Part shown: piece by piece, positions 12,301-24,215 of the stretch
Numbering within the stretch: the first letter of the stretch is position 1
Layout of the letters: each line of letters starts with the position of its first letter
Assembly: GCA_030704615.1 (NCBI GenBank)
Contig: CM060734.1
Span: 37,882,001-37,946,000, forward strand
Source of the DNA: Takakia lepidozioides
Taxonomy: Eukaryota > Plantae > Bryophyta
Length of the DNA: 64,000 nucleotides
Direction of reading: 5' to 3'
Notes under the pieces: generated by a model
What the model was told of the DNA's origin: nothing
Databases searched by the model: none
What the model saw: only the letters and a program-made list of their open reading frames with translations
Program-made: the position numbers and the translations under genes

Positions 12301-12558
12301 TGATAAAGAAGAAGAATACAAGCACGAGCTCACAAATCTGAAGCATAAACTCATGCATACACTACGGCGCCATAGCTAGGCGCGGTGAGACTCAACTCGA
12401 GAAAGATTAGCCTCCCGCGCTTGCCGTGAAGATAACCACTCCAGGGCCTAAATCTGTCTTGACCCCTGGATTGACACTTGGGCCAAATCCCAAATGTCAA
12501 TATGTAAAAGCTAGCTATTTCCTAGCTAGTTTCACACTAGTGGTAAAACAACTTGACA
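12301..12558 (-). repeat. Terminal repeat block B' (5' end of element)
   Basis: Direct repeat of 5921-6215 with block differences. On the minus strand it is followed by a 17-nt segment complementary to a sequence inside B. Confidence 0.88.
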
Positions 12559-12562
12559 CAGA

Positions 12563-14149
12563 TCATCGTTGGAGAGCGGCCATCATGAGGCCGAAATGGG
12601 AGCCCACTCTAAGAACGGGACATGGGAACTAGTCGATCTTCCCCCAGGACAAAATGCTCTATCTGCAAAATGGATTTTGAGGACCAAAGAAGACCATGCC
12701 GGGAACGTCAAGTTCAAAGCTAGGGTGGTAGCACGAGGAAATGAGCAAAGACCAGGTCTGGATTACAAGGAAACATTTGCACCAGTGGTAAAGTGGTCTA
12801 CGATAAGGCTCGTCACTGTACTCGCTGCTACATTTGGATGGCCTCTCTCTCATATGGACGTAGTCACCGCATTCTTGAATGGTACTATAAATGAGACAAT
12901 ATATATGATGCAACCACCAGGCTTTGAAATTCCGGGCAAAGAAAATCTAGTATGTATGCTGCGGAAGTCAATCTACGGGTTAAAACAAAGTCCCAAGACC
13001 TGGTATGATGAGGTTGATTCATTTCTTCACTCAATTGGGTGCATCCGCAATTCCTTGGATCCGAGCTTGTACTTGTGTCAGAAAGGTGGACAATTGGGAG
13101 TAATATTGCTGTTTGTAGACGATCTTCTAATCACCGGCACAAGTGGTGGACTCATTGATCAGTTGAAACTGAGTCTCAGAACGAAATATGAGATGAAGGA
13201 TTTGGGGCCAGTTAAGCGGTATCTTGGTGTTGACTTCCATGTTACAAATCAGGGCATACTCTTTCATCAAACCTCCTACTCAAATCAATTCATTCAAGAA
13301 TATCAGATGGAAAATAGCCGTCCAGCAAAAACTCCACTCCTAGAGGGATTAACTCTTTCTGCAGAAACAAGAACGGCAGATGTGGATTCGACCTACTACT
13401 GTCAATTGGTAGGTAAACTTATATACCTAACCAACACTCGACCAGATCTTTCGTTTGCAGTGGGTTTGATTAGTAGATTTATATCCTATCCACAACAGGC
13501 ACACTTAGACGCAGCCAGGCACATACTACGTTACATCAGAGGCACTGTTGATCTGGGTATTTACTACCAACAGTGCTCTAAATTGGAGCTGCAAGGGTTT
13601 ACAGATTCAGATTGGGGAAACTTGTGTCCAGACACCAGATGTTCAACTGGAGGTTACATCTTCAAATTGGCATCCGGGCCGATTACATGGAGCAGCAAGA
13701 GGCAGCCTACGGTCTCCAGGTCTACAACAAAGGCAGAATACAAAGCGCTCTCTGATGGAGCACAAGAGGGAGTCTATCTGAAGCGTCTCATCCAAGAATT
13801 GCAACAGCATGTCATGCCTCCTGCCCGCATAGAGTGTACGAACTCAGGTATAGCATCAGATCTCATAAATGCTATAATTCCCACTCATCAGGACGTGCAC
13901 CTCAACTGTGACAATGTAAGTGCTATTAAACTTGCAAAAAATCCCGTGTTTCATGCCAGAACTAAGCATTTAGAGATTCATCATCACTTTGTTCATGAAC
14001 GAGTTCTGGAAGGTGAGATCTCAATTCACCACATCGCATCTCAAGACCAATCGGCAGATATTCTGACTAAGGTACTTCCTCGGATCAAATTTGAGCAGCA
14101 TCGACGAGCAATTGGAATGAGGTCTTTGGCTAAAATCAAACTTGAGTGA
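12563..14149 (+). pseudogene. Copia reverse transcriptase-RNase H
   Basis: KARVVARG, MDVVTAFLNG, LFVDDLL, GFTDSDW, RTKHLEIHHHFV. Joins 5728 as ...DTISDHRWRAAI... when the nested element is removed. Confidence 0.93.
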
Positions 14150-14300
14150 GATTGCTTCCTGCCCCATAGCTAGACGATGGTTGCAATAGACTACTCAGGT
14201 TCACTACGGCACTAAGTTAAGTAGTCTCCTTTCAAGTTTTGTGGCAAATTAATTAGTTGTGTGCGCTAATAGATGTTACCGAGCCTAGCTCGAGGGGGGG

Positions 14301-14570
14301 TGTTGGAAGTTAGCACATTAGGACCATGTTGCCTTCCATCTAGTTAGCTGACTACAACGGAGATTAAGGGAATGTCAGTCCCATAGCTCTCGGCATGCTC
14401 ACAAAGTGGCATGCAGACTTGTCTTATACTTAGATCTTATGTGGGCGTTTATGGTCCATTAGTCTGCGATCAGGTTCTCACTTATCTAGGTGACTCATCC
14501 GTCACCAGTGGACATCTATTTATTCCCATCCCCGTTCGGGGTTAATCGTCAATACACACAAATTTCAACA
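14301..14570 (+). repeat. 3' LTR of Copia-1
   Basis: TGTTGG...CAACA, preceded by the PPT and followed by the TSD. Confidence 0.95.
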
Positions 14571-14575
14571 GAGTT

Positions 14576-15631
14576 TATGGACCGCTTGGTCAAGTTTGCC
14601 AATCTTATGAGCCTAAACGTGGAACTCAACAGAGTGGTGGGCTCGCTGGAAACTATCACTCGAGAGGACCTTAATCTCAGAGAGGGAGAGGTAACCACTT
14701 GACTTGGAACTTCAATGTGGCTTGCATTCACAATATCTTTCGTGCCTAACGCTATAATTTGTCGTTTACATCTTTGAGGTCTAGAGATGTAGTTACACTT
14801 CTAGACCTATATAACTTCCAAGTTATCAATTTGCCCGTGACCTGGGATGTGCCTAGCTGGGCATTGCCCTCCAGTACCAACGTGATTTGAGAGCAAATTC
14901 TCAGGCCCAACCTATCCACATTGCACGGCGAAAAGCTGCTAACTTGCAGGTAAGTGCATTCTTTGTGGACCACTTTGCTTATGATAGATCTGTAGAGTAA
15001 ACTTGACAGCTCCTGATCACTCTAAAGAAGCGGAATGTTTCATTGAACTTAGGTTCTTGCAGTCTGTGCCCTATTTCGTCTGCATCGGCTAAGCGATGAG
15101 ATTGATGTGAGTACTAAGGCACCACCAAACGGTGTTATTAGTCCATCTAAAGCGAGTTCTGCTCGGGACGCCTTTCTCCACTTTTTGCGAGGATTGGAGC
15201 CTCACGTGCTGATTCTCAGCGACAATGATACAGACCACCACTCCCCCGACTTCCTTCCTCGCTTTCATAACGTGACGAGGTACTTCTGGAAGTTCCTCGA
15301 TTCTTCGAGTGCAGCTTTCCATGGTCAGGACAGTGAAGACCGCCAAATCATTGAGTATGAGGCTGCCATGACCATGCTCAACAATGTGGCGTGTGAAGGG
15401 ACCGCACGCATAGAGCGGAATGAAACCCATGTAGGGTGGGAAAGGCGAATGGAGATAGTTGGATTTGCACAAGTTCTCCCCGGTAAAGAAATTATGGAAA
15501 CTGTTCATTTGCTTCTCCAGAAGTATGGCACCAATTGGGATTTTTCTGTGGACGGAAATTCTGTCGCTTTAATGTGGAAGCACCAGCCAGTCACTTTCTG
15601 CTCGGTTTGGAAGACTCAGTCATCATCGTAA
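14576..15631 (+). pseudogene. NSP1: NSP1-like GRAS gene, 3' part (exon 14576-14690, intron 14691-15052, exon 15053-15631)
   Basis: Removing the Copia and one TSD restores YGEFMDRLVKFANLMSLNVELN...LREGE. A GT..AG intron joins this in frame to VLAVCALFRLHRL... The exon ends with the SAW region ALMWKHQPVTFCSVWK, typical of the NSP1 C-terminus. Confidence 0.85.
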
Positions 15632-17384
15632 GCTGAGCGCTTGAGCCTGTACGCGCACCCTGTGGTATAATTTGTGAATATATATTGATCAAGTTGGTCA
15701 CTCAAAAGTTTCATGAGTTTGAGCTCAGGTAACTGTAAATTTCTCAAAGTCGGATTCTAGGGCGCTCTACCACGCTGTGTTGTCCATCATCCTTCGTTGT
15801 AGGTACTTCGACAGGCTTAGCTTTGTATTCTACAGTTGGACAAGGGACTGGAGTCTAGCACTTGCTGATGATGGTTAATCTAACAAGAGCTCACTTCAAA
15901 TTACATGTGGGTCATGGCTTCATTCAAGCATTGCGTTGACACAAGGGCCACCTCATAATGTGAATGTCTTGTAGTATTGAGAAATCTGAAACAGGAACAG
16001 TAAACGGCAGCATCTGCGAGCCCCCAGATTGCATCAAACTATACACAAGAATTACGTCAGACTATACACAAGGAGCTTTTGTGAGGTTTCATATGTACAT
16101 AGCAATAGGAAACTGTCCTTCTCTACGTGTGAAAAGTGCTGTCAAAGGAGATATTCAAGTTCCCATGAGATTTCCTGTGCCACTTGAAGAAAAGGGAAGA
16201 GTATACTTAACAGGGAAAAGCAGGAAAAGCAGCGTTTTTTTCTTTTGATACTTTTGAAACTGGTGCTTTTCCCAAGTTTGAGTTTGATCGGAGGGGCCCG
16301 CACGAGGCAACCCCGGAGACCCGCACAGGGCGAGGGCGAGTCTCGTGAAGGAGCCTAAAGCAGCGGCAATATGCTTTGGCCACATTGTCTTCCCGGTCGC
16401 CATCCCATTTTAAGCAGCAGTTTCAAACCTGCCAACAGTATTCATGAGGAATAAATTCAAGCATCTCATAGTATTTCCACATGCCAAAAAAAGGTGGCAT
16501 GTTACAAGAAGAAAACTTCACACAAGCGCCGCATCTATAACCGATTGTGCTTACATCAGGAAGCTACTTTATCAGTTGTATTGATGTGTCTGATGGACAA
16601 TCAGAATCTATTCATTGAAAGAGCAGAGTTATTGACAAATTTTGACGTTGATGAATCCGGGAAACCGACGATCTTCTTTGGTTCTGTGACCAACTGTGTA
16701 CAATCTCAGAAGTGGAAAAAACACGAATGGATCACCGCAAAATTATACCTTCAATTTCTTTCAATAATTTCCTCCCAAGAATGCTCAGTCAGCTCCAAAA
16801 ACTCGTCTGAAGCGCTCGAAAATCTGTTATGCATGTGAAACCATCACTGAAGTTACCATCAGTGGTCATTGGCAACTTGTCTCCAAGATTGCATGTCCTT
16901 TCCACAAAGACAGAAATTCGTTGCCAACTTCAAATCTGCCATGAAACAGACTTTCCGTAGCATCCAACCCCTTCCAATATATGAGATTGCCAAGAGAAGC
17001 CACAGGGTAGTGTGGAAGGACATGCAACATTTGAGAGACCGCAGACAGGACGAGGGGAAAACGGAACCGGATTTGGCAATCGACTTACGATTGGCTTGGA
17101 TTTGTGATTACAAAATTCCTTGCCATCCGTTGAAGAGTTGTTACTAAGTCACTGCCTCTGCGAATCCCTAGGGTCCTTTCAACATCATCCAGGCTCTCAG
17201 GCCACTCGCCAGTCAAATCCGGCTAATCAAACTCCTCCTCTTCAAGTGTTTGAGGCTTCGCCAGCCTACATGCCTCCATCAATTTCTCATTAAGTTAGGC
17301 ATGCTCAACATTGAGACGAACTGACAAACATGAATGTTCACACAATGGTGTACACACAATCCCCCCTTCACTGGATAACATCGT

Positions 17385-19090
17385 GTGATGCAGGTTTTGG
17401 TCACCCAGTTTAACGTCAAAGCAAATCTCCATCTGATAGACAGCTGGGCAAAGACAAATCCCGACACAACTATGTACACAGCAGGAATTCTGGAGGACTG
17501 GAGCAAGTCTCATTTCAAAGACTGTGGCTGGTACCTAGATTGCCCGAAACAATCGACACCCTGGGAGGAGAACGTCCTTCGAAACTTGAATGACAATGCA
17601 GAGGCTCTTGCTCCTCTGACGGATAGGCAGTTGCAGTTGAGAGATCTCCACCTTCGGAGAGCAAAGGATCCGAGCCCAAAAAAGAAGGGTGGAAAGAAGA
17701 AGGATAGAAAGAAAAAGGGCGAACAAAGTCAGGCAGTGGCTGCCGTGAGGGCAGGGCTCAAAGGGGGGTCACAGCTGGCTCTGTCAAACAAGCCATACGA
17801 GGCCCTACCTAACCCTGGCAGAGGTGTGGCCATGGGATACCAACACAAGACAGTCAACGAAAGCTTATTGGACATGATGGAATCAAGGAGGAAAGGCGGC
17901 ACAGTCAAAAAGAAGTCCCCGACTTGGGAGACACTGTCTTCATTCCTGACTCTGGTAAATTCCTTCTCCATTCCACCCTTCTTGTCATTTGGTTCTTGCA
18001 CTGACATGTTCACAGGTCCTATAAGTTGGATTGTTTTTCCGGGTGTGAAGGCTGGGAAAGGTCCATCTTGGGTGAACAGAGAGAAAAAACCCTTTACCTG
18101 CGAGCTCGTTGTTGTGGACATTCCAGACGGGCTTCCAGTCCTAGATCTTCCACCGATAGGTGTCACTCCGGCCTGGAATGAATGGGATGAGCGCTACTGG
18201 CCCTGGGTCTTCAAATTTTGTGGGAACTTCTTGGCTGACAATGGGTGTTTTCTCATCCTACCAGCAGCCAATGCAAAGTGTCGACGACTACTGTCCAGTT
18301 TCTTGAAGTCTGGTGGGATGAAGGTAATTAAAAGCTGGAATGGAGTTAACAGTCTCCCACTTACAAAGGGGGACTTCCCAAGCCAAAAAGTATGTCTTAT
18401 CCTCCATTTCAATCAATCTTGTGGAAATCACCCGTGTTTGGATAGCTCTATTTTCTTTTTGCGCTGTCAATCTCATCTTCCATCCTTGCGTTGACGCAAT
18501 CATGGTGCAAGGTTATCCTCTGCTACCTACCTTGCTCTTGCCTCGGTGCTCACTTCACTGAGTCCAATGTTTTGATTTCGTAGACACGAGCTTTTGATGC
18601 ACACTGTCTCGTAAGAGAACGCCGCCCATCCGCACCGTCATCCGTGAAAGAGTTTCAGGTCCTGAAAGGGGGAATGCATGTTGACTCGTCGTGTGATCCG
18701 GTGGATGATGCTTTCATCTACAACTACGTGGACGCCTCACTTACTGTGTTGCGGACTTCAGGAGAGCCATTGAGAGGTGCACGGGAGAAGAGTCATGCCT
18801 TCATGCAGACAGTCATCGAGTCTTGTAGCGTTGAAGGGTCCCGAGTTGTTGACCTCACTCTTGGAACAGGTTCGGGCCTTCTCACTCTAGCAATAATCTG
18901 CCTTCATTGTTGTAGTTTGAAAGTGCAGGTGCGTGCGCCTATCTTAGCTCATTTTGTGTATTCTTCTTGCAGGGGCATCATTCCATGCCTGCAAGGTAGC
19001 TGGAATGCATCTATTCGCCTTTGAGGGGGATGGCAAGTTGTACAAAGAGGTAATAGCTGCCCTCCATGAGGGCTCAACCTCAGGTACGTA
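17385..19090 (+). pseudogene. Beta-class N6-adenine/N4-cytosine DNA methyltransferase-like gene with introns, probably decayed
   Basis: Splicing GT-AG introns 18390-18583 and 18870-18972 gives CELVVVDIPDG (motif IV-like)...FLADNGCFLI...RGAREKSHAFMQTVIESCSVEGSRVVDLTLGTGASFHACKVAGMHLFAFEGD (motifs X, I, II), i.e. catalytic region before SAM-binding region. Probable frameshift near 17910 and a stop at 19088. May extend upstream to about 16500. Confidence 0.65.
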
Positions 19091-19589
19091 GACAGATGTG
19101 GCTGTCGCAGCAGTGCCGTTGGAACACGAGGACATGGAAATTGACGACGATTTTGATTGTGAGTAAGTCGTCTGCTTTTTCTTCTTTACATGGGACTCCC
19201 TTGTGGCGTTGGAATTGGGGATTCTCATGAATGTTTGCAATGTTTTGCAGGAGCCCAACAACGCCTAGGTTCCTCCGTTCTTTGCGAACTTGGACTTCTT
19301 TCCAAGTCTGCTACCTATGCTTGAATTGTCATGTTATGCTGAGGCTGCAGCAAGAACATTTGCTCTCGAAGCATCTCCCCCTAAACAGGTTTGTGGCAGG
19401 AAGGGACGTGTGCAAGTGGGGCTATGGTGTTTATTGATAGTTGTGCTTCAGTTTCGAACGCAAGCTCCTCTACCAGTGGATCTCCAGAATCGAAATGACC
19501 CATAAATTTTCAGACTTTCTATGGATAATGAAGTAATACCGACTTCTTTTCAATAATGTCTGTGACTGTCGACCTGTTCTTCTATTCAC

Positions 19590-19890
19590 AACTTCTTTCA
19601 TGTATGTTCATTCATCCATCATACAGACGTCAACAATAGAAATAATCAGCATCCACATTCTTTTCAAACATTCATCCAATGATATGAGCTTGCATTAATC
19701 CATCAATATGCCGGATTGCATCCCTAAAACATCCAAAATTCATCCAACATTCATCCATCAATCTCACACCATCCACCAAAATTTCATCTAGCTTCATTCA
19801 TTTATCATCCATCTGGCATCCAACTTTCATCCTTTATGGGTCCATTATTCATCCAACATCCATCCTCCATTCATCCGTATTCCATCCGCT
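19590..19890. repeat. Degenerate (CATC/TCATCC)n low-complexity tract
   Basis: Many TCATCC/CATCCA units; complementary GGATGA-rich tracts occur at about 35840-35960 and 40700-40740. Confidence 0.6.
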
Positions 19891-20099
19891 TGCGGCCATT
19901 GTCTCTTCTACATTGTTGCAAACTACTGCCTCGTTGTATGCAGAGTTTACAGGTCCCGCATGGTATTCTCATCCGCAGTTGTAGGCCCTCGCGGTGACAT
20001 TCATCCTCATCCATTAGAATCTTTCCACTCACAGATTGGTATCTTCCCGCTCACGAATCTTTTCGGTCACGTGAGCCGCTCAAAGTTTAGCATCCCCCA

Positions 20100-22638
20100 C
20101 CACAGTAGGTTTACTTGGGTGTATTTCCTAAAGGTTAAGAGCGAGGCGGCCTTGAAACACTTCAAAGTGTTTAAAACTATGAAAGAAAATGCCACTGACA
20201 TGTCTATTGTCAAGCTTCGCACAGACAGGGGAGGAGAATTCTTATCAGAAGAGTTCACTGCAATTCTACAAGCAGTCGGCATTCAACGCCAACTTACTCA
20301 ACCCCATACACCGCAACAAAACGGTGTTGCCGAACGAGAAAACAGAACGCTTCTCGAACATGCAAGAAATCTTTTACTGGAGAAAGCACTACCCAAGTAT
20401 CTCTGGACTGAAGCGGAGAATATGGCAGCGTAGCTGCTGAACAAATCTCCATCAAAAGCGAACTCAGGGTCAACTCCTTACAAACTCTTCTCAAGTATCA
20501 AACCAGACTTGAGCCATTTCAGAGTTTTTGGGAGCATCTCATATGTTCACATAGAGAAACACAAACGTAGCAAATTAGATTCTAAGTCTGAGGAATGTAT
20601 TTACAGTTGGATATGACACCCGTAAGTACAGATCCACCAACTATTTATGCTACCGTAGCGACAGACAACTTGGAAGAGTCTCCCCCGGCAATAGGTGTTA
20701 ACCCAACACCCTCATCACCGAAGGCCCTAGATCTACATGTTGATCTTCCGATTAATGCTGATAAGGAGGGCTCAAACAAGGTTACACTCAAATCTCAAGT
20801 CACTCCAGAACCAAATGTTGTCCCGGCACAACCACCACTTGAGAAACTAGGGCTTGAGCCTGGCTCTCTGAGAGTTGCAATGTACAGACCTAACCCCCCC
20901 ATTCATCCAATCCGACAACGACGACGCCCTGCACATCTACAGGACTATGAGGTAAACACTCGAGGTTCCTTATGAACCCTCAACCTTCACGGAGGCTAGC
21001 TAACAAAAATTTTGGTTGGAGGGATGCAATGAAACAGGAGCTAGACTTGATTGCCAAGAATCAGACTTGAGAACTAGTTCCTCTTCCTCTTGGAAAGGGG
21101 CCAATCACTGCGAAATGGATTTTCAAAGTAAAACACAGGCTGATGGCACCCCAGAAAAACTCAAAGCTCAGCTGGTTGCTCGTGGATTTGAGCAAAGGGA
21201 GGGAATCGACTTTGATGAGACCTTCGCGCCAGTAGTCAAGTGGAGAACAATTCAGATCATAGTGAACACAAGGCCCATCTTGATGTGAAGACGACATTTC
21301 TCAATGGAGACCTTGATGACGAAGTATACATGAAACAACCGGAGGGGACATTCAAAAGGGATGATTCATTGGTATGTAGACTTCTCAAAGCTCTGTACGA
21401 CTTGAAGCAAGCCCCTAGACCGTGGTACGCCAAAACTGATGTCTATCTAGAAATATCACAAGGTATGCAGAGAAGTGGTGCATATCATAATTTGTACTAC
21501 TTAAAGAATAGATGGCATGATCGTCATTCTAGTTCTTTATGTGGATGACTCACTTCTCATTGGCAATCACCATAAGAAGATTCAATGGTTGAGAGATCAA
21601 TTGAAAGAAGCATTTGAAATGTCAGATCTGGGACTTGCTAATCTATACTTGGTGGCTGAGTTATTGCATCTAGAAAGAGGAATATTGATGACACAGAGGA
21701 CATATGCCAAGAAGATGAATCTTGAGGAATTTGGCCTTTGGGATGTCAATCCTGCCATTGTGCCCATGATTGAAGGACTAAAATTGTCATTAGATATGGG
21801 ATCACCTGCTACCGAACCAGCTGTGTATCGCAGGATGGTAGGGAAGCTCGTGTACCTAACGAATACAAGACCCGACTTGATGTTTTCTGTCTCAAAGTTC
21901 ATGTTGCTTTATCATCAACTGAGGCGTAATATCGTGCTTTGACAGAGGGAGCCAAGGAGATTACTTAGCTGAGGAGACTAGCTGAAGAATTGGGCATTTT
22001 TGGAGGTTGGACCTACTGCTCTATTTTGTGATAATCAAAGCAGTGCAAAGATTGCAAAAAACCCAGTTTTTCATGCCAAGACAAAGCACATTGAGGTACA
22101 TCACACTATATTAGAGAGAAAGTCGAGAGTGGTGAAATTGACCTCATCCATATTCCAACGCAAGACCACATTGCAGACATACTCACCAAACCACTCAGCA
22201 AAATTAAATTTGAGAAGTTTAGGAAAGATCTTGGAGTTCACAGCTTATGCACCATTCAAAACGTGAGGGCATCAACTGCTTGATTTCTAACCGGAGCTTC
22301 CCTAAGCCGATTAGTTTGCGACATTGTCAACGGATAGAAGAGCTGTTGTGGTAGTTTGAGGACTGAGAGAGGGTGTTAGCTTTATGTTAAAGATAGGCTT
22401 TCTATCTAGTATAAAGATAGATCAGTCCTCCCTTAGGTATCGGAGCTTTATGGCACCGACTTGCACCGAAACTTGCACCGAAACTGTTTTGTTTCTATCC
22501 CCTAGTTAGATTACTTTGCCTTCATGGTTGTTGACTTTGGGCCATGGTCATGTAGTTAAATAGGTTAATTCTTGTTCTCTGTATATTGATTTAGGTTCAA
22601 TGGATCCTCTGGAATAGTACTCTTTGAGTTCAATAACA
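20100..22638 (+). mobile_element. 5'-truncated degenerate Copia (INT-RT-RH + 3' LTR 22374-22638)
   Basis: [49 protein letters not shown] followed by TGTTA...TAACA. Confidence 0.85.
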
Positions 22639-23419
22639 GACTGAGAAGGAAACAACAGCAGAAACGCCTAGCACTTGGCTAGGAACAATCAATGCTTGGG
22701 CCGAAGGGATTCGAAACTGAGCTGGGCCTTGATCTTCGGATTGATCTTGATCTTTTTGTACTTCCAATTAACTTCGTCCTCTTGTTCCAAAGGAGAAGGC
22801 CAAGGGTTAGCTTGGCCACCAACTGTCGGGGATGGCAGGGCGGAAAGAGCAGAAAATCTCCCTCTCTGGAACATATGACTCCCCGACGAACTGTCAACCT
22901 CATGAAAGAGCTAGACTCGTTTTTCTCCAGAACATTTGCAAATAGTTGACAAAACGACCTCCCAAGCTTTTCTACCTTCAATCCATAGATCAAAGAACAG
23001 TTGCCGAAGAGTGGACTTAATGCAAAGGAAACTTTTACCCTCATACCGTGGCACAACGTGCCTTCTACAAATGCCAGAGGGTCAAGGCTCTAAGAGCAGC
23101 CCACACTAGGCCATGACTCCATCGCTGGCCCTCAAAAATGTACATAAATATTTAGAGCGCACAATGACAATATCCCAAGGGACCAGAAAGCTTTTAACCC
23201 TTGACCAAATAACAGAAGCAAAGAGGCAAGAATGTAAGAAGCAATGTTCCATCTAGAATCCACCAAATTATTAGAGCACAATCTACACAGCTGAGGAGGG
23301 TCCGAGACCTCGTTATCATTCCTGACGTGACGTGGCACTGGTCATTACGAAAAAAGAGCAAAGCAACAAAAAAATAAAAGTTGACAAATAGTGGTCTTTT
23401 TTTTAAGAGAAATTTAAAG

Positions 23420-24215
23420 AATTAAGCAACCGCCAATGTGGCGGTCGCTTAATATTATTAAAAAAGAAGATAAAGCGACCTTCACTGTAGCGGTCATTGT
23501 TTAATCTTCAGCTGGAGGGAAAAAAACAAAAGAAACGGTAATTTTTTCTTCATTTAAAAAAATTAAGGGGCGGTTGCTGTTTAATCTTCAGCCAGGGGGG
23601 CCAAAAAAAAAAAAACAACCAAAAACGTAATCTGTTTTTCTCATTTAAAAAATTAAGCGACCGCCATATGGCGGTAGCTTTGTTTTTTTTTTTTTTTTTT
23701 AAATATAAAGCGACCGCCACTATGGCGGTTGCTTGTTTTGTTTTTAATTTTTAGAGTAAGGCGATCTCCAATGTGGCGGTCACGTGTTTTATTTTATTTT
23801 TGAAAATAAACGACCTCCAATATGGCGGTCGCTTATTTTATTTTTATTTTTAATATGGCGGTCGCATGTTTTAGTTTAATTCTGAAATAAAGCGACCGCC
23901 AGTAGGGCGGTCTTTTGTTTTATTTTTATTCTTAAAATAAAGCGACAATCAATATGGCGGTCGCTTGTTTTTTATATATTTTAAAAATCATGCGACCTCC
24001 ACTATGGCGGTCACTTGTTTTGCTTTATATTTTTAAAGTAAGGCGACCGCCAATGTAGCGGTCGAGTATTTTATTTTATTTTTGAAATAAAGCGACCGCC
24101 TGTAGGGCGGTCTTTTGTTTTATTTTTATTTTTTAAATAAGGTGACCGCCAATATGGTGGTGGTTTTTGGTTTTTGAAATTCGAAATATAAAGCGACCGC
24201 CAGAATTGGCGATTA
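23420..24215. repeat. Array of about 14 palindromic units (GCGACCGCC-N5-GGCGGTCGC) with AT-rich spacers, about 50-bp period
   Basis: Units visible at about 23426, 23657, 23710, 23761, 23811, 23892, 23942, 23992, 24042, 24092, 24141 and 24193. Confidence 0.85.

Larger units (their letters stand above)
5729..12558 (-). mobile_element. Gypsy-type retroelement with C5 DNA methyltransferase and PHD finger; split, permuted terminal repeats; RT/RNase H deleted
   Basis: Termini TGTCA..TGACA. 4-bp TSD CAGA (5725-5728 / 12559-12562). Minus-strand order PR, DNMT, RT stub, integrase, PHD. Repeats arranged A-B-gc-A'-internal-B' on the plus strand. Confidence 0.92.
2544..14570 (+). mobile_element. Ty1/Copia LTR retrotransposon (degenerate), containing a nested element
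   Basis: TG..CA LTRs at 2544-2816 and 14301-14570. 5-bp TSD GAGTT (2539-2543 / 14571-14575). PBS TGGTATCAGAGC (tRNA-iMet) at 2817; PPT GAGGGGGGG before 14301. Domain order gag-PR-INT-RT-RH. Confidence 0.97.

Noticed and set aside
5729-12558. DIRS/Ngaro tyrosine-recombinase element or Ginger DNA transposon
   Set aside because: No recombinase motif seen. It has a DDE integrase, TSD, protease, RT stub and PPT, and lacks long TIRs.
16825-16860. ParB-like GNHR motif upstream of the amino-MTase
   Set aside because: Appears only after assuming a frameshift and substitutions.
8491-19090. Bacterial restriction-modification locus or contamination
   Set aside because: One MTase is inside a retroelement polyprotein and the other has spliceosomal introns; there is no nuclease partner and the flanks are plant genes.
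23420-24215. CRISPR array
   Set aside because: Repeats are degenerate, spacers are low-complexity and similar to each other, there are no cas genes, and the context is eukaryotic.
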